DNA of 64,000 nucleotides, taken from positions 652 to 64,651 of the forward strand of contig DRJK01000127.1 in assembly GCA_011052215.1 (NCBI GenBank). The letters are read 5' to 3'. Origin of the DNA: Gammaproteobacteria bacterium (lineage in GTDB: Bacteria > Pseudomonadota > Gammaproteobacteria > JAADHQ01). Of the stretch, positions 10,936 through 19,833 are shown piece by piece. The position numbers were made by a program, and so were the translations under genes. The notes beneath the pieces were generated by a model. That model did not search any database. It was not told the DNA's origin and saw only the letters and a list, made by a program, of their open reading frames with translations. Every line of letters begins with the position of its first letter. The stretch's first letter is position 1.

Positions 10936-12138
10936 TCAGCCACTTGCGCTGATCGTTTCCCCAGGTATCACATCAACCTGTTCCAGGTCGACAGATTCAC
11001 AGGTTAATTCCAGAAATGTAACATCATCATCCTGATCCAGTTCCTGCCTGAATGTATTCAGATTCAATAATACTTTCTCAAACCTGTCTCCGTCATTTCC
11101 AAGCAGAATCCCCCTGAGACGTTCCTCACCAAACCTTTCCCCGTCTTCCTTGCCAGCCTCAATCACGCCGTCACTGTAACAATAAAACTTGTCACCCTTT
11201 TCAACCTGTAAAATCTGTGTTGATGAATCAAATTCTTCATCCTTTACTATTCCAAGGGGTAAATGACTGGACTGAATAACACCTTTAAGGCCACCATCAC
11301 TATCCAACCAGTATGATCCGGGCATCCCGCCACTCCAGACTGCCAGTTGCTCGCCCGTTTTATCCAGTTCAAACAAGGTCGCGGCACAAAACATCCCGAT
11401 GGGCATGATGGATAACAATTGTCTGTTAATTTCATTTGCTATCATTGAAATCGGCAGCCCTTTCTGTGCCATCTTGAAAAAAATCATGACAACGGGTAAC
11501 GTTCCCATTGCAGCCCTCAGGCCATGCCCGGTAAAATCACCCAGTAGTCCAAATAACCCGCCTTCCGGCCCACGTTTTATCAGCAAGACATCACCATTAA
11601 AGGTTGACATGGGTGAAATATGGTATTTGATATAGGCAGGATCAAAATAGCTTTGCTTCAGCGCTTTATCAAAAAAATGCTCGATCATTTCTTTCTCAAG
11701 AATCAGGTCCTCGTTCTGAATCTCGAGTAATTTATTTTTCTCACTCAACTCCTGGCTGAGTTCCCGGATTCTTAAATGTGCATTGATTTTTGACTTCAGT
11801 ATGTCGATATTGACAGGCTTGTTTATGAAATCATCACCACCCGACTCCAGTGCCGTTGTCAGTGAATCCTCTACAGTCAGTGCCGTTACAAATATTATGG
11901 GCGTGTACTGCCATCCGGCTTTTTTCTTTATCCTTGTCGCCGCTTCATATCCATCCATCTCTGGCATATTGACGTCCATCAGAATCATGTCCGGATCGAC
12001 CTCGTCATATAGCCTGATCGCTTCCATACCATTTTCGGCTTCAGTTGTTATATAGCCGCAATTGGCAAGAGACCTGGCCAACATTTTCCGGTTGGCCAGG
12101 ACATCATCAACGATGAGAATATTTACTGGTTTATCCAT
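10936..12138 (-). CDS. Response regulator with C-terminal PP2C/SpoIIE-type Ser/Thr phosphatase domain (RsbU/RssB-like)
   Basis: N-terminal receiver domain (ILIVDDVxxNR...D...LMDVNMPEMDG...K) with the phosphoacceptor Asp. A coiled-coil linker follows. The SpoIIE-like domain retains its metal-binding Asp motifs (GDFTGHG, YSDGV, DDDVT). Confidence 0.85.
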   Translation of the reverse strand: MDKPVNILIVDDVLANRKMLARSLANCGYITTEAENGMEAIRLYDEVDPDMILMDVNMPEMDGYEAATRIKKKAGWQYTPIIFVTALTVEDSLTTALESGGDDFINKPVNIDILKSKINAHLRIRELSQELSEKNKLLEIQNEDLILEKEMIEHFFDKALKQSYFDPAYIKYHISPMSTFNGDVLLIKRGPEGGLFGLLGDFTGHGLRAAMGTLPVVMIFFKMAQKGLPISMIANEINRQLLSIMPIGMFCAATLFELDKTGEQLAVWSGGMPGSYWLDSDGGLKGVIQSSHLPLGIVKDEEFDSSTQILQVEKGDKFYCYSDGVIEAGKEDGERFGEERLRGILLGNDGDRFEKVLLNLNTFRQELDQDDDVTFLELTCESVDLEQVDVIPGETISASG

Positions 12139-12440
12139 AGGTTACTGACTCTTTCACCCTTGTCTGACTCAACAATTAAATACTTAATTGTATTACCCTA
12201 TTCGTATTGACGTTAACGGCAAAAAAGACAAAATCATTAGTAAAATTCATTGGATATTAATCCGGTTTAACATTATTTATGGCCTGGACCAATAAATTGA
12301 GAGGCGTAAAAAATGACCCTGGAAGGCTCCATTGGACAAGACTTGCGATTATCTTGATAAAGTACTTTCTGGCAAAGGCTACATCATAAGTAAGAATTCT
12401 GGTGGCGGGACAATACGCTTATTGAAAACGAATATGCATA

Positions 12441-12476
12441 CCATAAAAAAGACCGCGTTCTGGCAAGGATACGCGG
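12441..12476 (-). terminator. Rho-independent terminator downstream of tRNA-fMet
   Basis: On the minus strand, a CCGCGT...ACGCGG stem is followed by TCTTTTTTATGG, ~50 nt after the tRNA 3' end. The structure is symmetric, so it could act bidirectionally. Confidence 0.5.
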
Positions 12477-12526
12477 CCTTTTTGTGGCAATATTGAATAT
12501 GTTAATACATTCAATGCCTTCTGTAG

Positions 12527-12603
12527 TGGTAGCGGGGACAGGATTTGAACCTGTGACCTTCGGGTTATGAGCCCGACGAGCTGCCAGACTGCTCCACCCC
12601 GCA
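12527..12603 (-). tRNA. metY: Initiator tRNA-fMet (anticodon CAT)
   Basis: The reverse complement reads ...GCGGGGTGGAGCAGTCTGGCAGCTCGTCGGGCTCATAACCCGAAGGTCACAGGTTCAAATCCTGTCCCCGCTACCA. It is near-identical to E. coli tRNA-fMet, with three GC pairs in the anticodon stem and a 1:72 mismatch, both initiator hallmarks. Confidence 0.9.
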
Positions 12604-12664
12604 CTAGCAGCGCGAATTTTACAGTGCATTATGCTGTTTTACAAGACCATCCTGCATTTCTTGC

Positions 12665-12698
12665 AAAAAAAAACGGGCATCCCGGGATGCCCGTTTTG
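12665..12698. terminator. Bidirectional rho-independent terminator (perfect 22-nt palindromic hairpin flanked by A-run and T-run)
   Basis: AAAAAAAA-ACGGGCATCCCGGGATGCCCGT-TTTG, immediately downstream of the DsrE-like gene stop. Confidence 0.65.
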
Positions 12699-12720
12699 TC
12701 ACTATAAATTAAACCCTGAA

Positions 12721-13173
12721 TCAAGGTTTAATGTACAGGTAACCCTTCTGTTGCAGATCAGCAACTTCAGCAACACCTGACGGAACAATCTTGGCATTCA
12801 GGTTTATCTTGTTTTTGTTGATCTTCTTGCCACGGATGGTATTTGCACAGATTTCGAACTTGACACCACGGTTGGCCAGCTTCTGAATTTGCGCATCGAA
12901 GGCATGACCCTTCTTGTCTTTTGAACCATCAACCAATGCGAAGGCACCACTTGAGTGAGTGACAACGATGACTTCGATATTCTTGTCACCCAGGGCATTC
13001 AGGTGGTTTTTCACATTACGCAAGGCACCATATGCAGTCTGCAGATTATTTACATGGTAAACCACTTTTTGCTGGTTATAACCGTTTTTGGCTGGCTTCA
13101 GCTCTTGTCCACCACAACCAACGAGTGCAGTGCTTATAAGTGCCGCTGCAGCAATTGCTGTTAATTTATTCAT
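12721..13173 (-). CDS. Secreted lipoprotein, DsrE/DsrF-like family (tentative)
   Basis: 150 aa. Signal peptide plus lipobox (LISTALVGC). The remainder resembles the DsrE/TusD-like alpha/beta fold (VVYHVNN...IEVIVVTHSSG...GVKFEICANT...GYLYIKP). Strong AGGAGGAG RBS. Confidence 0.5.
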   Translation of the reverse strand: MNKLTAIAAAALISTALVGCGGQELKPAKNGYNQQKVVYHVNNLQTAYGALRNVKNHLNALGDKNIEVIVVTHSSGAFALVDGSKDKKGHAFDAQIQKLANRGVKFEICANTIRGKKINKNKINLNAKIVPSGVAEVADLQQKGYLYIKP

Positions 13174-13225
13174 ACTTGTTACTCCTCCTAGCAGGATATT
13201 TTTTTAATTTACACGCAACCTAGGT

Positions 13226-13241
13226 TGCAAGCTCTGTTCCA
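13226..13241 (-). promoter_or_regulatory. Sigma-54 (RpoN) -24/-12 promoter for the DsrE-like gene
   Basis: The minus strand reads TGGAAC-AGAGC-TTGCA, with exact GG/GC spacing matching the TGGCAC-N5-TTGCW consensus. It lies ~50-65 bp upstream of the ATG at 13173. Confidence 0.55.
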
Positions 13242-13386
13242 CATTAGCAAGTTTTTCTGAATATGTATAGATATCATGAACATAAAAAATTAAACATTAG
13301 TAAACCCTGTTTATCTATGTTGTTATTACAGTGCATATTGCATCTATCTTCAGGCCGTTTACAAAGAAACGTTGTAATATACAACC

Positions 13387-14751
13387 CTATTTTGTATCAC
13401 TGAAGCGTCGTAGTTTTCTCCACAATGTGGTCTTGTCTATTCCCAGAATACTGGCGGCCTTTGTTTTTTTCCCTCCCGATAATTCCAGTACATGCTCGAT
13501 ATACTTCTGCTCCAGTTTTTCAAGTGACGGAAACTCGTCTCGAGGAAATTGAATACCGGAATTGTTACTAAACACTTCCAGCTTCATACCCGCCTCCGGC
13601 CATGTCAGTATCGGTGTCTCTGACAGAATCACACATCTTTCCACGACATTGCGTAATTCACGAATATTTCCTGTCCAGTCTTCATTATAGAGGTGTTGCA
13701 TCGCGACAGAATCAAATCCTGTGACCTTTCTTTTATAACGTTTGGAAAATTCTTTCACGAAGTGTTCGACGAGTGACGGTATATCTTCACGTCGGTCATT
13801 CAACGAAGGTACATGTATATTAATTACATTCAATCGATGGTAAAAATCATGGCGAAATTCGCCTTTCTCAACCATGGCTTCAAGATCGCGATTACTGGCG
13901 GCAATAATGCGCATGTCAATGGGTACAGATACTGTGCTGCCTACACGTGTAATTGTCTGGCTTTCGATTGCACGCATGAGTTTCATCTGCATCGAATCTG
14001 TAATATTACATATCTCGTCAAGGAATAGTGTTCCCCCGCTTGCCTGCTCCATGAGCCCTTTTTTTCTCTGTGATGCGCCGGTGAAGGCTCCTTTCTCATG
14101 TCCGAATAGTTCGCTTTCAAGCAAGGTTTCTGTCAGGGCACCACAATCGATAACAATAAAAGGTGATTCCTTTCTTGGGCTGTAATCGTGCAGGGCACGT
14201 GCTACCAGTTCCTTGCCCGTTCCTGACTCGCCCGTAATAATAACATTACAACTGACTGTTGCGACCTTCTCTATGGTTGAGAACAGACTTTTCATAATGG
14301 GTGTGTCGCCAATCATGCCGAAACGGTTTCGGCATGTCTGAAGCTGTTTCTTCAGTATCTGGTTCTCCTCCTTTAAACGACGGGCATCGATGTTTCTGTC
14401 AATAATCAGTTTTAATTCCTCGAAGTCAAAAGGCTTTTTAATAAAGTCAGTTGCCCCCAGTTTCATGGCTTCGACTGCATTTTCGACAGATGAATAACCG
14501 GTCATCACCAATACCGGCAAATCCTTGTCAATCTCGCGTACTTTTGACAAAAGATCGAACCCACTCATTTCCGGCATTCGAAGGTCTGTAACCAGCAGAT
14601 CTCCGCCCGATGTCTCAAACTCCTTCAGACATTCCCCTGCTGACTGATAGACGCTGCAGTTATAACCTGCCTGCCCACAATTCCTTTGCATAATCGAGCA
14701 TGTAACTGAATCATCATCAACAAATAATATTTTTAAATCACCCCGTTGCAT
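13387..14751 (-). CDS. Sigma-54-dependent response regulator (NtrC family enhancer-binding protein)
   Basis: 454 aa. Receiver domain, AAA+ sigma54-interaction domain with GESGTGKE Walker A and a GAFTGA motif, and a C-terminal Fis-type HTH. Confidence 0.9.
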   Translation of the reverse strand: MQRGDLKILFVDDDSVTCSIMQRNCGQAGYNCSVYQSAGECLKEFETSGGDLLVTDLRMPEMSGFDLLSKVREIDKDLPVLVMTGYSSVENAVEAMKLGATDFIKKPFDFEELKLIIDRNIDARRLKEENQILKKQLQTCRNRFGMIGDTPIMKSLFSTIEKVATVSCNVIITGESGTGKELVARALHDYSPRKESPFIVIDCGALTETLLESELFGHEKGAFTGASQRKKGLMEQASGGTLFLDEICNITDSMQMKLMRAIESQTITRVGSTVSVPIDMRIIAASNRDLEAMVEKGEFRHDFYHRLNVINIHVPSLNDRREDIPSLVEHFVKEFSKRYKRKVTGFDSVAMQHLYNEDWTGNIRELRNVVERCVILSETPILTWPEAGMKLEVFSNNSGIQFPRDEFPSLEKLEQKYIEHVLELSGGKKTKAASILGIDKTTLWRKLRRFSDTK

Positions 14752-16690
14752 TTTTTACCTCAGGTGTTACATGTTCAATTTGTTCTTTTATTACGCCGGT
14801 TTTTGGCAGAATAATTACGACACGTGCACCACCTTCCGGCCTGTTCTCCAATGTAATAGAACCCCCGTGTTTATTGATAATTCCATAACTGACTGAAAGC
14901 CCGAGTCCGGTCCCACTGCCTTCCGGTTTGGTTGTAAAAAACGGACTGAACGCCCTGGCTATGTTCTCATTACTGACACCCTCTCCACTATCAATAATTT
15001 CCGCAACTATTTTTCCGTCAGATTGCCTGGCCTTCATGGTAATGGTTGATCCCGGGCCTGATGCATGTAATGCATTTACAAGTACATTCACCAGCACTTG
15101 CTGGAGTTGACCTGAGTCACCTTGCATGGTCAACGGGCTTTCAAGGTCCTTTATCAATTCGACTTCTGATGACTTCATTCGATGCTCAAAAACTGCCGCG
15201 GTATCCGACATTAATCGGGAGAAATCAAACTCTTCATATTTTGGTTTGTTCTCGCGAGCAAAGTTCAATACACCTTGTACGATTCTCGCACATCGCCGGC
15301 CTTCACTTTGTAAGGCGTTCAGGTCCTCTTTTATCTGTTTGCTGCTATCCGGAACATTCTGGTCGATCAGTGATGCGAGAGACATAATATTCATCAACGG
15401 ATTATTGATTTCATGACCTATGCCTGCAGCCATCTGACCTACTGCAGCAAGACGTTCAGACTGCCTTGCGGCAATTTCGGCCTTGATACGCTCATCCTGT
15501 GCCTTTTCAAGGGTTTTTGTCAGATAATTAAACGCCTTTCCTGCAAGTCCTATTTCATCGCGACGATTTTCACCATAATGTGAGCGCCGATCACCATCGG
15601 CATATTGTGTAATGATCTGTGCCAGATCGTGAACCGGCCTGGCCAAGCGTGAAGCCGCCCAGCGTGCAATAAACAAACCCACCAGAAAAACCAGTAGTAT
15701 CAGGGAAACTATCCAGTTTCTCAAACCCGAAATGGGTTCGAGTATGGCTTCCCTCGCCATTTCTATAACCAGTAACCATTTTGTATCCCTGTCCAGATAG
15801 GGTGAAAATTTATAATAATAAAATAATCTGTCGTTATCAGGCGTGACCATACCTGTTTTGCTACCACTGTTGATTTTTTTCCAGGCATCATCACCCAACT
15901 CGGTTGATAACCTGAAATTGGTGCCCAGTTGGTTGGCGAATCTTTTATTCTGGTCTTCGTGATAAAGGTAAATTCCGTCACGCTCTTTATCTTTGTTCAG
16001 TTCAACAATATATGCCTTACCCGGGTAACCCGCCAGTGCAGAATGCACGGCATCATCTACCCTTTTACCCCACATATTGACTATGAGTAGCCCAAAAGGA
16101 GATTCCAGTTCATCGCGTATGGCAAGGCTGTATCGAACCAGGGCCGGGCAGAAATCCACATCACCCAGGACCTTTCCCCTTTCAAAGTCTGATATGGAGA
16201 TATCTTCATCTGTTTTTTTGGCCCTGCGAAAAAATGATTTGTAGGCTATATCTTCAACATAGGACCTGCCACTGGCCAGCTTGTCTTTATACGGAATGAG
16301 CTTTCCTTCCTTGATTTTGACCAGCGTCTTGCCACTCATGTCGGTAAAACGGATCGCCTGAATACTGGGTACCGTGGCCTGATAATTAAGGAAGAAGGCC
16401 ATCAGCTCAATTGCCCTGTTTTCATACTGGGAGTCTTTGTCACTGCTGCTGACTACCGAGGCAAAATCACGGACCACTGGTACCTTGGCAAGTCCCCTTA
16501 CAATCGACTTCTGGTTGTCCATCAAGGTTGATATTTCCTTCGCCAGTTTGCTCAGCGTTTTGTTCATCTCCTTGCTGGTTCTGTCTTCCAGGTCACTTTC
16601 AATGTGACCAACAACACCAAACAACAGAATAAGCAATGGAACCATTGCCATAAGGCCGAGTACGAGGAAAAGTTTTTGACGCAGCTGCAT
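14738..16690 (-). CDS. Sensor histidine kinase with large periplasmic sensing domain
   Basis: 650 aa. Two TM helices bracket a ~280-aa periplasmic domain, followed by HAMP, HisKA (AAGIGHEINNPL) and HATPase_c (G-boxes). It overlaps the regulator gene by 14 nt, indicating an operon. Confidence 0.85.
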   Translation of the reverse strand: MQLRQKLFLVLGLMAMVPLLILLFGVVGHIESDLEDRTSKEMNKTLSKLAKEISTLMDNQKSIVRGLAKVPVVRDFASVVSSSDKDSQYENRAIELMAFFLNYQATVPSIQAIRFTDMSGKTLVKIKEGKLIPYKDKLASGRSYVEDIAYKSFFRRAKKTDEDISISDFERGKVLGDVDFCPALVRYSLAIRDELESPFGLLIVNMWGKRVDDAVHSALAGYPGKAYIVELNKDKERDGIYLYHEDQNKRFANQLGTNFRLSTELGDDAWKKINSGSKTGMVTPDNDRLFYYYKFSPYLDRDTKWLLVIEMAREAILEPISGLRNWIVSLILLVFLVGLFIARWAASRLARPVHDLAQIITQYADGDRRSHYGENRRDEIGLAGKAFNYLTKTLEKAQDERIKAEIAARQSERLAAVGQMAAGIGHEINNPLMNIMSLASLIDQNVPDSSKQIKEDLNALQSEGRRCARIVQGVLNFARENKPKYEEFDFSRLMSDTAAVFEHRMKSSEVELIKDLESPLTMQGDSGQLQQVLVNVLVNALHASGPGSTITMKARQSDGKIVAEIIDSGEGVSNENIARAFSPFFTTKPEGSGTGLGLSVSYGIINKHGGSITLENRPEGGARVVIILPKTGVIKEQIEHVTPEVKNATG

Positions 16691-16842
16691 AAAAAAATAC
16701 TAACATAGACTGCAAATTGCAGCACTAAATAAACTCGTAGCAAATTAACGTATTAGTGTTTACTTATTTATGATCGGAGATTGAGGTACATGCCCACGTG
16801 CAACGGGCGCGCGCGCAAGAACGTTCAGATGATCAGACCAGG

Positions 16843-18285
16843 CTACTGGATGACACTTTGGCAAATCGACATCAGGGCACCCGGATAGACTCCCAGGGCC
16901 AGCATCAGGATGCCGTTTGCGCTGATAACGACTTTCAGGTCTACATCCGGGGTAATCGCTGAATCATCTTCCGGTTTGTCAAAGTACATAATCTTGACAA
17001 GGCGAATGTAATAAAATGCACCCACAACCGAGAACAGCACGGCAGTAATAGCCAGCCATGTCATATCAGTATCGGCATTCAGTACGGCCTCGATAACCCA
17101 CAGCTTGGCAAAAAAACCAACGGTTGGCGGGACACCGGCCATGGAAAACATCAGCAACAACATCATAAAGGCATACCACTTGCTACGTTCATTCAGGCCC
17201 TTGAAGTCATCCAGGGTATCGGCCTCGAAGCCGGAGCGGCTTAACAGGATAATCATCCCGAAGGAACCGACCGACATCAGTGCATAAACCAGCACATAGA
17301 ACATTGAGGCCGAATAGCCGTCCGGCCGGGCCGAGATAATGCCCAGTAACAGGAATCCGACATGGGAGATGGTTGAATAGGCCAGCATACGCTTGATATT
17401 GGTCTGGGCAATGGCAACGATATTACCGATTGCCAGTGATAATACCGCAAGAATGGTTAGCATTTGCTGCCAGTCCGTGTGTAATGCCTCCATACCATCA
17501 ACGAGTATGCGCATAATGATGGCAAAAGCAGCAATCTTGGGGGCCGTACCAATGTATAATGTTACTGATGTCTGTGCGCCATGATAAATATCGGGTACCC
17601 ACATATGGAAGGGCACGGCACCCAGTTTGAACGCCAGGCCTACAACAATAAACACCAGCCCAAAGTCGAGTATGATATTACTGGTGCCATTTTTATTGAT
17701 ATAGGCTCCAATTTCCACGACATTCAGTGAGCCGGTAATGCCGTATATCATCGACATGCCGTACAACAACATACCGGAAGCGATCGCACCGAGTACGAAA
17801 TATTTCATCGCCGCCTCGGTTGATACCTCTGAATCCCGATTCAGGGCCACCATGGAATACAGGGATAATGACAGCAATTCCAGCCCCAGGTATACCGTCA
17901 GAAAACTATGTGCCGACACCATTATCATCATGCCCAGAACACCAAATAAGCCTAATGCGTAGTATTCGCCCTTGAACTGGCCCCGGGCACGCAAGTAGTC
18001 TCTTGAATACAGGAAGACGGTTGCCGTAATGACATAAATAAATATTTTCAGAATGTCGCCCATTGGATCCCTGATAAAGGACCCTGAAAAACCGGTAGTA
18101 CTGGGCGAGCCGATCTGGCTATAGGTAATAAGTACTGCACCGAGCAAGGTCAATTGTGCAAGCAAATAGGTAATGATCCGGTTTTTATCCTTCAGGAAGA
18201 GATCGATTATCAATACTGCACAGGTCATCCCGAGCACGAATATCTCAGGTAATGCGAGTTCCAGATTGGGCATATCAATGATCAT
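16843..18285 (-). CDS. nuoN: NADH-quinone oxidoreductase subunit N
   Basis: 480 aa polytopic antiporter-like subunit. Last gene of the nuo operon. Confidence 0.93.
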   Translation of the reverse strand: MIIDMPNLELALPEIFVLGMTCAVLIIDLFLKDKNRIITYLLAQLTLLGAVLITYSQIGSPSTTGFSGSFIRDPMGDILKIFIYVITATVFLYSRDYLRARGQFKGEYYALGLFGVLGMMIMVSAHSFLTVYLGLELLSLSLYSMVALNRDSEVSTEAAMKYFVLGAIASGMLLYGMSMIYGITGSLNVVEIGAYINKNGTSNIILDFGLVFIVVGLAFKLGAVPFHMWVPDIYHGAQTSVTLYIGTAPKIAAFAIIMRILVDGMEALHTDWQQMLTILAVLSLAIGNIVAIAQTNIKRMLAYSTISHVGFLLLGIISARPDGYSASMFYVLVYALMSVGSFGMIILLSRSGFEADTLDDFKGLNERSKWYAFMMLLLMFSMAGVPPTVGFFAKLWVIEAVLNADTDMTWLAITAVLFSVVGAFYYIRLVKIMYFDKPEDDSAITPDVDLKVVISANGILMLALGVYPGALMSICQSVIQ

Positions 18286-18324
18286 AATTATTAAACCTCA
18301 GTACACTTACCCACATTACTCACC

Positions 18325-19833
18325 CTATATTTTTGAAACCGAAACATGCTGTAACAAATGTTCAACCGTAGAATGCATGACCTCTGTCAATGGGCCGGGA
18401 TACAAGCCGAAAAACAGGACCGCAGAAGCCAGCAAGGCCATGATGACAAATTCACGGGCATTCATATCCTTCAGTTTGGCGACGTTGTCGTTTGCCACTT
18501 CACCATATAAAACACGCTTGACCATCCACAGGGTATAGGCCGCTCCAAGAATCAGGGTTGTTGCTGCCAGGAATGCGATCCAGAAGTTGGCCTTGAAACT
18601 ATCGAGGATCACCATGAATTCACCAACGAATCCCGAGGTTCCTGGCAACCCGGCATTTGCCATTGAAAAGAACACCATAAAGGCCGCAAACACGGGCATG
18701 GTATTTGCCACACCACCATAATCTGAAATATTCCGGGTATGCATACGATCGTAGAGAACACCAACACCGAGGAACATCGCCGCTGAAATAAATCCATGTG
18801 AAATCATCTGTACCAGGCCACCTTCCATGCCCAGTGCCGCATCCCTCCAGGAGCCGGTGTTATCAATAATACTGAACACCAGAAAGAAGCCAAGGGTTGC
18901 AAAACCCATATGTGCAATGGATGAATAGGCAATCAGTTTTTTCATGTCTTCCTGTGCCAGGGCTACAAAACCGATATAGACCACGGCGACCAGTGACATC
19001 AGGATAATAAGCCAGTCCAGCTCACTGCTGGCATCCGGGGTGATTGGCAGGCTGAAACGCAGAAAGCCGTAACCACCTATCTTCAGCATGATGGCCGCCA
19101 GAATGACGGAACCACCCGTGGGTGCCTCTACGTGTGCATCGGGTAACCATGTATGCACGGGCCACATGGGGACCTTTACTGCAAACGCCACCAGGAAGGC
19201 TGCGAAAATAAATATTTGCTCGGTCAGGCTTAACGGCAAGGTATGGAAACCCAGTATCGAGAAACTGCCGTCGGCCCTGATCGACAAATAAATTAATGCA
19301 ACCAGCATTAACACTGACCCCAGGAAGGTATACAGGAAAAACTTGATGGTTGCATAGACCCGGTTAGGCCCGCCCCAGACACCAATGATAAGAAACATCG
19401 GGATCAACATGGCTTCCCAGAAAACGTAGAATAAAATGGCATCGAGTGCCGAAAATACACCGATCATAACCCCTTCCATGATCAGGAAGGCAGCCATGTA
19501 TTGATCCGGTTTTTTCTTGATGACTTCCCATGCAGACAGGACGACCAGAATTGTTGTGAAGGCAGTCAAAATAATCAATGGCATGGAGATGCCATCTACA
19601 CCCAGCTGGTAGTTAATATTAAATGAAGGTATCCATGAATGTAATTCGGGAAACTGCATTGCCGCTGTGCTGGTATCAAACTTCGTATACAGCGGGATAC
19701 TTAAAATAAAAGTAAGCACCGAGACAATCAGTGAAATTAATCGTGCCCTTTTCTCCCCTGCAGCCAGAACAATCAGACCACCTATAATCGGTGTCCAGAT
19801 CAGTGTGCTTAATATGGGTAAATCAAATAACAT
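18325..19833 (-). CDS. nuoM: NADH-quinone oxidoreductase subunit M
   Basis: 502 aa antiporter-like membrane subunit. Confidence 0.95.
   Translation of the reverse strand: MLFDLPILSTLIWTPIIGGLIVLAAGEKRARLISLIVSVLTFILSIPLYTKFDTSTAAMQFPELHSWIPSFNINYQLGVDGISMPLIILTAFTTILVVLSAWEVIKKKPDQYMAAFLIMEGVMIGVFSALDAILFYVFWEAMLIPMFLIIGVWGGPNRVYATIKFFLYTFLGSVLMLVALIYLSIRADGSFSILGFHTLPLSLTEQIFIFAAFLVAFAVKVPMWPVHTWLPDAHVEAPTGGSVILAAIMLKIGGYGFLRFSLPITPDASSELDWLIILMSLVAVVYIGFVALAQEDMKKLIAYSSIAHMGFATLGFFLVFSIIDNTGSWRDAALGMEGGLVQMISHGFISAAMFLGVGVLYDRMHTRNISDYGGVANTMPVFAAFMVFFSMANAGLPGTSGFVGEFMVILDSFKANFWIAFLAATTLILGAAYTLWMVKRVLYGEVANDNVAKLKDMNAREFVIMALLASAVLFFGLYPGPLTEVMHSTVEHLLQHVSVSKI

Noticed and set aside
12384-12629. 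81-aa and 61-aa minus-strand ORFs spanning the tRNA-fMet gene
   Set aside because: They overlap a high-confidence tRNA and its terminator. They are artefacts of ORF calling.
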